This document shows positions 46,802-54,378 of a DNA stretch of 64,000 bases, piece by piece (position 1 is the first letter of the stretch; the number at the start of each line of letters is the position of its first letter). Origin of the DNA: Synergistaceae bacterium. Its GTDB lineage: Bacteria > Synergistota > Synergistia > Synergistales > Aminobacteriaceae. The position numbers and the translations under genes are program-made. The stretch spans positions 22,835 to 86,834 of the forward strand of contig JAHDKR010000021.1 of NCBI GenBank assembly GCA_018436785.1, read 5' to 3'. The notes beneath the pieces are model-generated. The model was given only the letters and a program-made list of their open reading frames with translations. It did not search any database and was not told where the DNA came from.

Positions 46802-46884
46802 TGTTTTCCTCCTCCCGCCGGGAAGACCAGGCGCTGCTCAGCAGCTTCAACCTGTCCCGTGCGATTTAAACATCCAACCGTAGT

Positions 46885-46913
46885 ATTATACGGAGCGAAA
46901 AGGTTAAAGTCAA
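46885..46913 (-). promoter_or_regulatory. Promoter of the rplU-prp-rpmA operon
   Basis: The minus strand reads TTGACT (46913-46908), 17-nt spacer, TATAAT (46890-46885). It overlaps the recN stop codon. Confidence 0.7.
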
Positions 46914-48649
46914 ACTTTTCCTCGCAGGGCAGCGAGATCACCCTCTCCGGCAAGGACGCTTATATTGCCTGATTGGCTGCACTCCGTACTCTCCGCGGAG
47001 TAGAGAAGCCGTTCGGCATGTTCTCGAGCCTCCTGCAAAGAGGCGTCTCCTGAGAGCATCCGTGCTACTTCTCCGATGCGGTCGTCTCTTTCCAGCTTTT
47101 TGACTTCTACACAATCCGTCGTTTTCTTGACGAGAAAGTGATGATCCGCGAGCGATGCAATCGTTGCCTCGTGCGTTACAAGAATCACCTGTGTTTTTCT
47201 GGAGAGAGCGAGCAGCTTGTATCCGGCCAGAAGCGCAGCCTTTCCGCCAAGCCCGGCCTCCACTTCATCGAAGATAAGAGTCGGGGGGAGCGTTTCCTCA
47301 GGCAACGCAAGCTGGAGCGCGAGCAATATTCTACTCAGTTCGCCTCCGGAAGCAGATTTATTGACAGGCATTTCTTCAGAGCCTCCCGAGGAGAGAGTAA
47401 ATGAAATTTCGTCAGCCCCGCTGCTGCGTATTTTGTCCAACGGCAAAAGTTTCACCGAAAAAACGCTCTCGGCCATGCCGAGCTCCTGAAGGTGCCTATT
47501 CACTTCTTTTTCCAGTGAATCCGCTGCCCGTTGCCGGAGTGCGCGCAGCTCCATCGCCAATGAGCTTGCCTCGCGGCGTAATTTTTTCGCACATAGAAGC
47601 AGCTCCGAAGAGAGACGCCCTTCCTCCCTCAACCAGCCGATAGCCTCTTGCGCGTCCGAAGTCCAGGAAACAAGCTCTTCGGCGGTGCGGGTTCCTGTCG
47701 TTCGTTTAATCTTCCGAAGTATTCCTAGTTTTTTCTCAATGAGATCCCTTTCGCGCTCAATTTTTTCCGGTGAGAGAGCGGAGGCCTTCTCTTCGATGGA
47801 GCTGATAAAAGAGTGCAGGAAAGACAACCCTTCGTTGAAAGACGCTTCGACGTCGGTCTTCTCCAGAAAGAGACGGCGTATGAGTTCCAGCGCACACGAT
47901 TCGAGTCTGTCGATCATTCCGTCGTTGGAAGCCCCTCCGGTCAATTCAAGGAGATTTTCCCTGACTTTTCGGGCCTGTTGGAAGGTGCGGTTTTTTTCAT
48001 CAAGCTCTCTTTCCCAAAGGAGGTCGCAACCCGGGGAGATTTGCAACGGGCGAAGAGCTTCTACTATTGCCTCCGCATCGCGAAAACGCAGCTTCAACTC
48101 TTGTTCTTTCGATTTCACCGCTCTCAATTCCCGGTCGCAACGGAGCGCTTCATCAAATGTATTTTCGAGCGCGGCACGCAAATGCTCAGCTTGAGCGCCG
48201 CAGCAGAAGTCGAGAATATCCATCTGACGCTTTGGATCAAGAAGCTCTATTTGGGCAAACTGGCTTTGAATCCTCATCCTGTCGTTCATTAAAGATGCAA
48301 ATGTAGAGAAGGGAGTCGCTTTGTCTTGAAAGAAACATCGGTTTCTTCCTCCTCTTGAAAGAATACGCCGCGCAAAGAGCAGTCCGTCCTCGTCTCGCGG
48401 TTGCAGCGTTTTCGAAACTCGTTCGGCAGATCCGGAAAAGACGGCCTCCACCGACGCCTCTTCCTCGCCGGAGCGAATAAAAAGCGCTTGACTCCTCTTC
48501 CCGCCGATCAGTTCCAAAGCCCTGACAAGGCTGCTCTTTCCGGCGCCGCTCTCTCCGGTGATCACTGTGAAGCCGGTCTCCAGGCGCATCGATATGGAGG
48601 CTATACCTCCTACGTTCTTAATGGAGATCTCTTCGATCAACCCCGTCAC
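46910..48649 (-). CDS. recN: DNA repair protein RecN
   Basis: 579 aa. N-terminal Walker A ITGESGAGKS, long coiled-coil middle, and C-terminal SMC signature (SGGELSR) with Walker B (LIFDEVEAG). Confidence 0.93.
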   Translation of the reverse strand: MTGLIEEISIKNVGGIASISMRLETGFTVITGESGAGKSSLVRALELIGGKRSQALFIRSGEEEASVEAVFSGSAERVSKTLQPRDEDGLLFARRILSRGGRNRCFFQDKATPFSTFASLMNDRMRIQSQFAQIELLDPKRQMDILDFCCGAQAEHLRAALENTFDEALRCDRELRAVKSKEQELKLRFRDAEAIVEALRPLQISPGCDLLWERELDEKNRTFQQARKVRENLLELTGGASNDGMIDRLESCALELIRRLFLEKTDVEASFNEGLSFLHSFISSIEEKASALSPEKIERERDLIEKKLGILRKIKRTTGTRTAEELVSWTSDAQEAIGWLREEGRLSSELLLCAKKLRREASSLAMELRALRQRAADSLEKEVNRHLQELGMAESVFSVKLLPLDKIRSSGADEISFTLSSGGSEEMPVNKSASGGELSRILLALQLALPEETLPPTLIFDEVEAGLGGKAALLAGYKLLALSRKTQVILVTHEATIASLADHHFLVKKTTDCVEVKKLERDDRIGEVARMLSGDASLQEAREHAERLLYSAESTECSQSGNISVLAGEGDLAALRGKV

Positions 48650-49527
48650 TCCTTCTCAAAGGTGACAATGCCCTGTCCCCAGCGGAGTTTCTCCTGAAGC
48701 AGATCGAAGTAATTCCGTGACGGGAGGAGAAGAACATCGATCTTTTGGGTGCGGCTCAACGAGATTTCTATACGATCCCCCGGAAGGATCTCATAGCCTA
48801 GCTGACCATCCTGAGTAAGAAGCAAATCCCTGTGATTTCCTCTGGGAACCAGGGTAACTGTGTCATCCTCTCCTGCGACTACTGGTCTGGAATAGAGCGT
48901 ATGAGCGCATATTGGCACGACAAGCATGCACGGAACGTGCGGGGGGATAATCGGACCGCCTGCGGAGAGGGCATACGCGGTCGATCCAGTCGGCGTCGAC
49001 ACGATTATGCCGTCGGCCGGGAGCGTGTTCAGAAGTTTGTCGCCAATGTGCACTTCAATATGCATTACCCTGGCAAGCGCTCCTTTAGCCAGGACAAGAT
49101 CATTGAGAGCGTACAAGGAATAGGTATCGTGTCCATCTCGTGAGATTCTGCCGTCAAGTACTCTGTGCGTCTGCACGGAGTACTCCCCGCGGAGGATGCT
49201 TTCCACATCCTGTATCGCCTCCTCGGCCTTTCCGGAAGCCAGAAAACCGAGATGCCCCAAGTTGATTCCGTAGAGGAGAATCGAGGCGCCCAAAATATAC
49301 CGGGCAGCTCGCAAAAACGTCCCGTCGCCCCCGATAACCAAGGCGATTCCGACAGTCTCTTTCCACTCTTCGTCGCTCACACCCTGGACTCCCAGCACCG
49401 ACGCCTCATGCGGAGGGAAGAGGAACGCGATTCCGTTGTCCATCCCCCACTGCAAAAGCATCCTTGCCATTTTTATCGCCCCGGGTTTTCGCGTATTGAC
49501 AAGCATGCCAATATTGGGAGTGTTCAT
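48646..49527 (-). CDS. nadK: NAD kinase
   Basis: 293 aa. GGDGTFLRAAR motif and STPTGSTAYALSAGGPI motif. Confidence 0.93.
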   Translation of the reverse strand: MNTPNIGMLVNTRKPGAIKMARMLLQWGMDNGIAFLFPPHEASVLGVQGVSDEEWKETVGIALVIGGDGTFLRAARYILGASILLYGINLGHLGFLASGKAEEAIQDVESILRGEYSVQTHRVLDGRISRDGHDTYSLYALNDLVLAKGALARVMHIEVHIGDKLLNTLPADGIIVSTPTGSTAYALSAGGPIIPPHVPCMLVVPICAHTLYSRPVVAGEDDTVTLVPRGNHRDLLLTQDGQLGYEILPGDRIEISLSRTQKIDVLLLPSRNYFDLLQEKLRWGQGIVTFEKE

Positions 49528-50351
49528 GATGCCGCCCGTCCTTTCGTGAAAAAACTATGCGCTTCTTCAACTATCGAGACTGGGTGTGGAATCGAAGGCT
49601 CCGAGTCTGACTTCGAGAGATAGAGGAGATACTCGATATTCCCCATAGGACCGGTAATGGGTGAATATGTCATACCGCATGGCGTGAACGTCGTTTCCCG
49701 TAAACAGAAATTCAGAATCTCCTCCAAAACGACGATGTGATCCTCACTCGAACGGACCACGCCTCCCTTCCCAACTTTCCCTTTACCGACTTCGAACTGC
49801 GGCTTAACAAGGACAACCGCTTCTCCTTGGGGGGAAAGAATTGTATCCATAGCCGGCAGCAATAACTTCAGAGAAATGAAAGACGCATCAGCAACCGCCC
49901 TGTCGGGTATATCAGGAAAATTGTCCGGAAGCAAATTTCTGGCATTCGTACGTTCCATTACAACGACTCTCTCATCGCTCCGAAGCGACCAAGCCAACTG
50001 CCCATACCCGACATCGACGGAATATACCCGAAGAGCGCCCCTTGAAAGGAGAACTTGAGTGAACCCTCCCGTTGAGGCGCCGATATCGACGCAAATTCTG
50101 TCTTTGGGGTCAAAAGGAAAGGCATCAAGAGCTTTCAGCAGTTTGAGTGCGCCGCGGCTGACCCATTCGTTTCCGGTTCCGATCACTTCCACAGCCGCGT
50201 CAGGAAAGACAAGCGCGCCCGGCTTGTCCACCCGATTTCCATCTACTGTAACTTTCCCGGCCATCAGAAGGCTTTGCGCTTTTGTTCTGGTTTCAACGAA
50301 CCCCCTGGATACCAGAACCTTGTCGATGCGTTCTTTTTTGATACTCTTCAT
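49524..50351 (-). CDS. tlyA: TlyA-family rRNA (cytidine-2'-O)-methyltransferase (S4 + FtsJ domains)
   Basis: 275 aa. S4 RNA-binding N-terminus (RIDKVLVSRGFVETRTKAQ) and MTase motif DIGASTGGFTQ. Confidence 0.9.
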   Translation of the reverse strand: MKSIKKERIDKVLVSRGFVETRTKAQSLLMAGKVTVDGNRVDKPGALVFPDAAVEVIGTGNEWVSRGALKLLKALDAFPFDPKDRICVDIGASTGGFTQVLLSRGALRVYSVDVGYGQLAWSLRSDERVVVMERTNARNLLPDNFPDIPDRAVADASFISLKLLLPAMDTILSPQGEAVVLVKPQFEVGKGKVGKGGVVRSSEDHIVVLEEILNFCLRETTFTPCGMTYSPITGPMGNIEYLLYLSKSDSEPSIPHPVSIVEEAHSFFTKGRAAS

Positions 50352-52206
50352 ACATTGTCACCACTTTACGGGGGGTAAGGCCGCAGTACTCGGCCTGTTC
50401 TGAAACCGTCCCCTGGGGAACGAAAAGATCGGGGATGCCCATCGGAAGCACCATGGCTGTTCGGGACGACGGCCTGAGTTTTTCGGCAAGGGACGCGATC
50501 GCCTCGCCTACTCCGCACTCTTTGTAACCGTCTTCGGCAACGATGACAAGTTCATGGCTTTTCAGGAGCCCCTCCATTACCGGAACGCACATGGGTTTGA
50601 CACATTTGATGTCCACAACAGAAGGGGGAACGCCGCCGTCGCGAACAATTATTTCGCGCGCATCCAGCATCAGTTCGACGGTCTTTCCGTACCCCAGGAG
50701 CGCGCACTCAGTTCCCTTTTCCAGGATTTCCGGAACAGGAAGGTCGTCCAGAAAAACTTCGCCCCGAATCCTGTGAAGGGAGGGAATCGCCTCACCCCTG
50801 GGGAAGCGGATCATCATCGGCCCGTTTCGACGAAGCCCCAGATCGAAGAGCGCTGAAAGCCCTATCTCGTCCCTTGGAGCCGCCACGACAAGGTGAGGTA
50901 CGGAACGCGACCATGAAATGTCGAGCAATCCTTGATGTGTCTCTCCGTCGTCGCCGATGAGCCCCGAACGGTCAACTGCGATGGTAACCGGGAGATTCTG
51001 CATAGCGATATCATGGACGAGCTGATCCATTGCTCGCTGGAGGAATGTCGAATAGATAAACACTACCGGCCGTAATCCTCCAGCCGCCATACCAGCCGCC
51101 ATGGTGAGCATATGCCCCTCGGCTATGCCTACATCAAAGAAACGATCAGGAAAACGCTCCGCGAACGTGTCAAGCTTACTGCCGCACTTCATCGCCGCAG
51201 TAAGGCAGACCACCCGCTTGTCGCGCTCCGCAAGAGCGCACACTGCGCTTGAAGCAGCGTCGCTCCATGATCTTCGAGAAACGGTTGCCGGAACGGCAAC
51301 AGCTTTGCAAGGAGGAACGCCGTGATACTTCGTGGGTTCCTGCTCCGCTTTTTCATACCCTTTTCCCTTCACTGTTAGAAGATGAATGAGCACTGGTTTA
51401 TCATATTTTTTCGCAAGCTCCAGGACATTTTCTATTTCTTCAATATTATGTCCGTCAAAAGGTCCCCAGTAGTTGATATCCATTTCATCGAAAATATTGA
51501 TCGGCTTGACTATGGATTTGATGTGATCCTTCAGCTTTCCAAGCACATTCTCAAGAGCCTGTCCCTTCGGTAGCGAGGCGCAGGACTCCTTGATCGCCTT
51601 CTTCAAAGAATTATAGGCGGTGCTCGAGCTAAGTTTCGCAAGATGTGTGGCAAAGCCGCCTACTCTTTTACTGATGGACATTGTATTGTCATTGAGGATA
51701 TAGATGACTTTCGTGTTCGAATCCTTGGTGTAGTTGAGCGCCTCGAATGCCAGCCCGTTCAGGAGCGATGCGTCTCCTATCACCGCTACGACATGGTTTC
51801 CCGCGCCCAGGACATCTCTCGCTTTCGCATAACCAAGCGCTGCGGAAAGCGATGTGCTGCTATGCCCCACGTCAAAATGGTCGTACGGACTTTCGGAACG
51901 TTTCGGAAAACCGCTGATACCGCCCCACTGCCGCAGCGTCGGAAAACGGTCCCTGCGGCCAGTAAGAATTTTATACGCGTACGCCTGATGTCCGACATCG
52001 AAGAGTATTTTATCGTCTTCAGGATCAAAGGAACGCAGCAACGCAAGAATGAGCTCAACCGCCCCCAGCGAAGAGGCCATATGACCCCCGGTTTTTAAAA
52101 CTACCGAGACTATATACTCTCGAAGTTCAGCGGCGAGCGTATCGAGAGTCTCTTTTGAGTACCCCTTCAGCTCCGAATAGTGCTTCATACGCTCCAGAAC
52201 AGGCAT
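50293..52206 (-). CDS. dxs: 1-deoxy-D-xylulose-5-phosphate synthase
   Basis: 637 aa. TGGHMASSLGAVEL, GDASL and other TPP motifs, plus transketolase-like domains. The 3' end overlaps tlyA by 59 nt. Confidence 0.95.
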   Translation of the reverse strand: MPVLERMKHYSELKGYSKETLDTLAAELREYIVSVVLKTGGHMASSLGAVELILALLRSFDPEDDKILFDVGHQAYAYKILTGRRDRFPTLRQWGGISGFPKRSESPYDHFDVGHSSTSLSAALGYAKARDVLGAGNHVVAVIGDASLLNGLAFEALNYTKDSNTKVIYILNDNTMSISKRVGGFATHLAKLSSSTAYNSLKKAIKESCASLPKGQALENVLGKLKDHIKSIVKPINIFDEMDINYWGPFDGHNIEEIENVLELAKKYDKPVLIHLLTVKGKGYEKAEQEPTKYHGVPPCKAVAVPATVSRRSWSDAASSAVCALAERDKRVVCLTAAMKCGSKLDTFAERFPDRFFDVGIAEGHMLTMAAGMAAGGLRPVVFIYSTFLQRAMDQLVHDIAMQNLPVTIAVDRSGLIGDDGETHQGLLDISWSRSVPHLVVAAPRDEIGLSALFDLGLRRNGPMMIRFPRGEAIPSLHRIRGEVFLDDLPVPEILEKGTECALLGYGKTVELMLDAREIIVRDGGVPPSVVDIKCVKPMCVPVMEGLLKSHELVIVAEDGYKECGVGEAIASLAEKLRPSSRTAMVLPMGIPDLFVPQGTVSEQAEYCGLTPRKVVTMYEEYQKRTHRQGSGIQGVR

Positions 52207-52208
52207 AT

Positions 52209-53117
52209 CTACCGCGTCCTTTCCACAAGATTTTCGGAGAGAGCCGCGAAAAATCCAGTGTCTCCTTCTATCGTACGGAGTGCATTTATCCCTTTTTCGG
52301 TCTCGTTATGAGCTAACCAGCGAGTCTCTTCAAGCCCGAAAAGGGAAACAAACGTCTTTTTGTTCTGAGTGGCGTCTTTGCCTGGTGTTTTTCCCAGTTC
52401 TTCTGCCGAGGACGTGACATCGAGAATATCGTCGACCATCTGAAAGGCCAAACCCAAATGATTGCCGTACGTACGGAAAGCGTTTGCGGCTGCTTGGTCG
52501 GCCCCTCCAAGGACGGCGCCGCTTTCCACGCAGGCGGCAATAAGGACTGCGGTTTTCCGGGCAGCAACCTTGAACGGGAAATCACTTCCCGTCTCCATGC
52601 TCTCGGGGTCGGTATCGAGAACCTGTCCGCCGCAAATACCGAACGGCCCCAATGAGTTTGCCAATATGCGCATTGCCTCACAGATTCTCTCAGCGGGAAC
52701 ATTCGACTTCGAAAGCGCAGAGAGAGGGTATTCAAACGCCCAGGCCATCAACGCATCTCCGGCGAGTATGGCGAGGGATTCGCCGAAGAGGACATGATTC
52801 GTTGCCTTCCCTCTCCGTAAAACATCATTATCCATAGCGGGGAGATCGTCATGAATGAGAGAGGCCGTATGAATCATCTCAAAGCCAAGTGCCATAGGTA
52901 TGGACACGTCCCACGACATACCGAAAACCTCCGCGGCCTTCAGGCAGAGAATGGGACGAAGACGTTTCCCACCGGCAGTCAGTGAATAAATCATCGATTC
53001 CCTGAGCCTGCGGGGGGCAGGGACGGGAAGCATCTCGGCAAGTTCTTGCAAGCGCGCCTCGACAAACTCCCCGGCTTCCGAAAAAAGCGCTTGAAAAGAA
53101 CGTGTATTCTGGGTCAT
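52209..53117 (-). CDS. ispA: (2E,6E)-farnesyl/geranylgeranyl diphosphate synthase
   Basis: 302 aa. First and second Asp-rich motifs (LIHDDLPAMDND, MVDDILD). Confidence 0.9.
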   Translation of the reverse strand: MTQNTRSFQALFSEAGEFVEARLQELAEMLPVPAPRRLRESMIYSLTAGGKRLRPILCLKAAEVFGMSWDVSIPMALGFEMIHTASLIHDDLPAMDNDVLRRGKATNHVLFGESLAILAGDALMAWAFEYPLSALSKSNVPAERICEAMRILANSLGPFGICGGQVLDTDPESMETGSDFPFKVAARKTAVLIAACVESGAVLGGADQAAANAFRTYGNHLGLAFQMVDDILDVTSSAEELGKTPGKDATQNKKTFVSLFGLEETRWLAHNETEKGINALRTIEGDTGFFAALSENLVERTR

Positions 53118-53344
53118 CGGCTTGACTCCTCATCGTTATTGTAGGTCGCAACAAAAGGTACGGTACTGCTATCCTCCGTAAGGAGAAGAATTCTCTGTTT
53201 TGCTTCCGAAAGATATTCCCGGCACTCCCGTACCAACCCAACCCCCTTTTCAAAGAGGGCGAGGGCATCTTCCAAAGGCAGGGCTTCCTTCTCTATGCGG
53301 GCTACCAACCCCTCTAGTTCATCCATTTTCGCGCTAAAACTCAT
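53114..53344 (-). CDS. xseB: Exodeoxyribonuclease VII small subunit
   Basis: 76 aa from the ATG at 53344 (GGAGG SD). ...LEGLVARIEKEALPLEDALALFEKGVGLVRECREYL... is typical of XseB. Confidence 0.88.
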   Translation of the reverse strand: MSFSAKMDELEGLVARIEKEALPLEDALALFEKGVGLVRECREYLSEAKQRILLLTEDSSTVPFVATYNNDEESSR

Positions 53345-53382
53345 TTTGTCCAATCCTCCCCGAGGAATTCTACAAAAAAAAT

Positions 53383-53411
53383 TTGCTCCATGCACCCCTC
53401 TGTGCTAAAAT
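53383..53411 (+). promoter_or_regulatory. Promoter of rpmB
   Basis: TTGCTC (53383-53388), 17-nt spacer, TAAAAT (53406-53411), 44 nt upstream of the rpmB ATG. Confidence 0.55.
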
Positions 53412-53455
53412 TCTTCTGTTTTATCGAAACCAATCGCAGCAAGGGGGCGAAATCA

Positions 53456-53650
53456 ATGGCAAAAGTATGTGAATGTTGCGGTCGCGGGCCTACCACCGGA
53501 AATGCCGTAAGTCATTCTAACCGGCATACACGCAGGCGCTGGCTTGTCAATCTTCGGAGCGTCAAGGCTGACGTTGGCGGCGGCGAATCTCTTCGCATGA
53601 GAATCTGCACACGCTGTCTCCGTTCCGGCAAAGTGAAACGGGCGGTGTAA
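53456..53650 (+). CDS. rpmB: 50S ribosomal protein L28 (Cys-containing form)
   Basis: 64 aa from the ATG at 53456: MAKVCECCGRGPTTGNAVSHSNRHTRRRW..., with a second Cys pair CTRC. Confidence 0.93.
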   Translation: MAKVCECCGRGPTTGNAVSHSNRHTRRRWLVNLRSVKADVGGGESLRMRICTRCLRSGKVKRAV

Positions 53651-53666
53651 AGCCCTCTTTTGCTTT

Positions 53667-54377
53667 TCAGAGCCATCCGCAGTATACACCAAGGATTCCC
53701 TTCTGCAACCTTACTGAGATATTTTTGTTCCCCTCGGTTCTGTTGCTCACTGTATAGGGGTGTTTTTGCAGTAGAAGGGAATCCTTCAACTCCCAACGAA
53801 CATTTTGGAGATCAACACCGGCGCATTCCGGAGTAAGCGGCAACAGCGACACTACGACATTCTCACGCCCGGAAACGCAAATTTCGAGAGATTCTTTCCC
53901 CTCCAAGAGGAACAGACACTCCTTTTCATCCGCAAATACAAGAATGCGAATGTTCTGTTCGGCCGCCCACAACGCGGAGAATATATTCGCCCAGAGATGG
54001 TCGAACCGCCCTCCCCAGCAACCGGTTACCAGAACCGGTTTTCCGTGGAGCTCTTTTCCCGCCGTGAAGAGCGCCAGCTGAAGATCTGTCAAATCCTTAT
54101 CCACAGGGTGTTTCGTTACGGAAACTCCCGCCTCTACAGCACGCCTCCATTCATCCGGAGGAGTACTGTCTCCGTCTCCCACAAGTCTGTCCGGCAGAAT
54201 ACCCGCTTCAAGACAATACACAAGGCCGGAATCAGCGCACCAGCGCGTCGTAAACGAGCGAAAAATCTCAGCTAACCAGGAAGCAGCCGGTTTTCTTCCC
54301 CCTGCAACGACCAGAAGAGGCTCTTGAAAAGTGTTTGAGAAGGTTGCCTTCCCATTGGGAAGAGAGAGAGAGAACAC
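53667..54377 (-). CDS. thiN: Thiamine pyrophosphokinase
   Basis: About 236 aa. GDGDS, DKDLTDLQLA and GGRFDH motifs. Proposed GTG start at 54377, 1 nt after the ftsK stop and preceded by GGGAG. The ATG at 54479 would overlap ftsK by 100 nt. Confidence 0.85.
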   Translation of the reverse strand: MFSLSLPNGKATFSNTFQEPLLVVAGGRKPAASWLAEIFRSFTTRWCADSGLVYCLEAGILPDRLVGDGDSTPPDEWRRAVEAGVSVTKHPVDKDLTDLQLALFTAGKELHGKPVLVTGCWGGRFDHLWANIFSALWAAEQNIRILVFADEKECLFLLEGKESLEICVSGRENVVVSLLPLTPECAGVDLQNVRWELKDSLLLQKHPYTVSNRTEGNKNISVRLQKGILGVYCGWL

Positions 54378-54378
54378 C

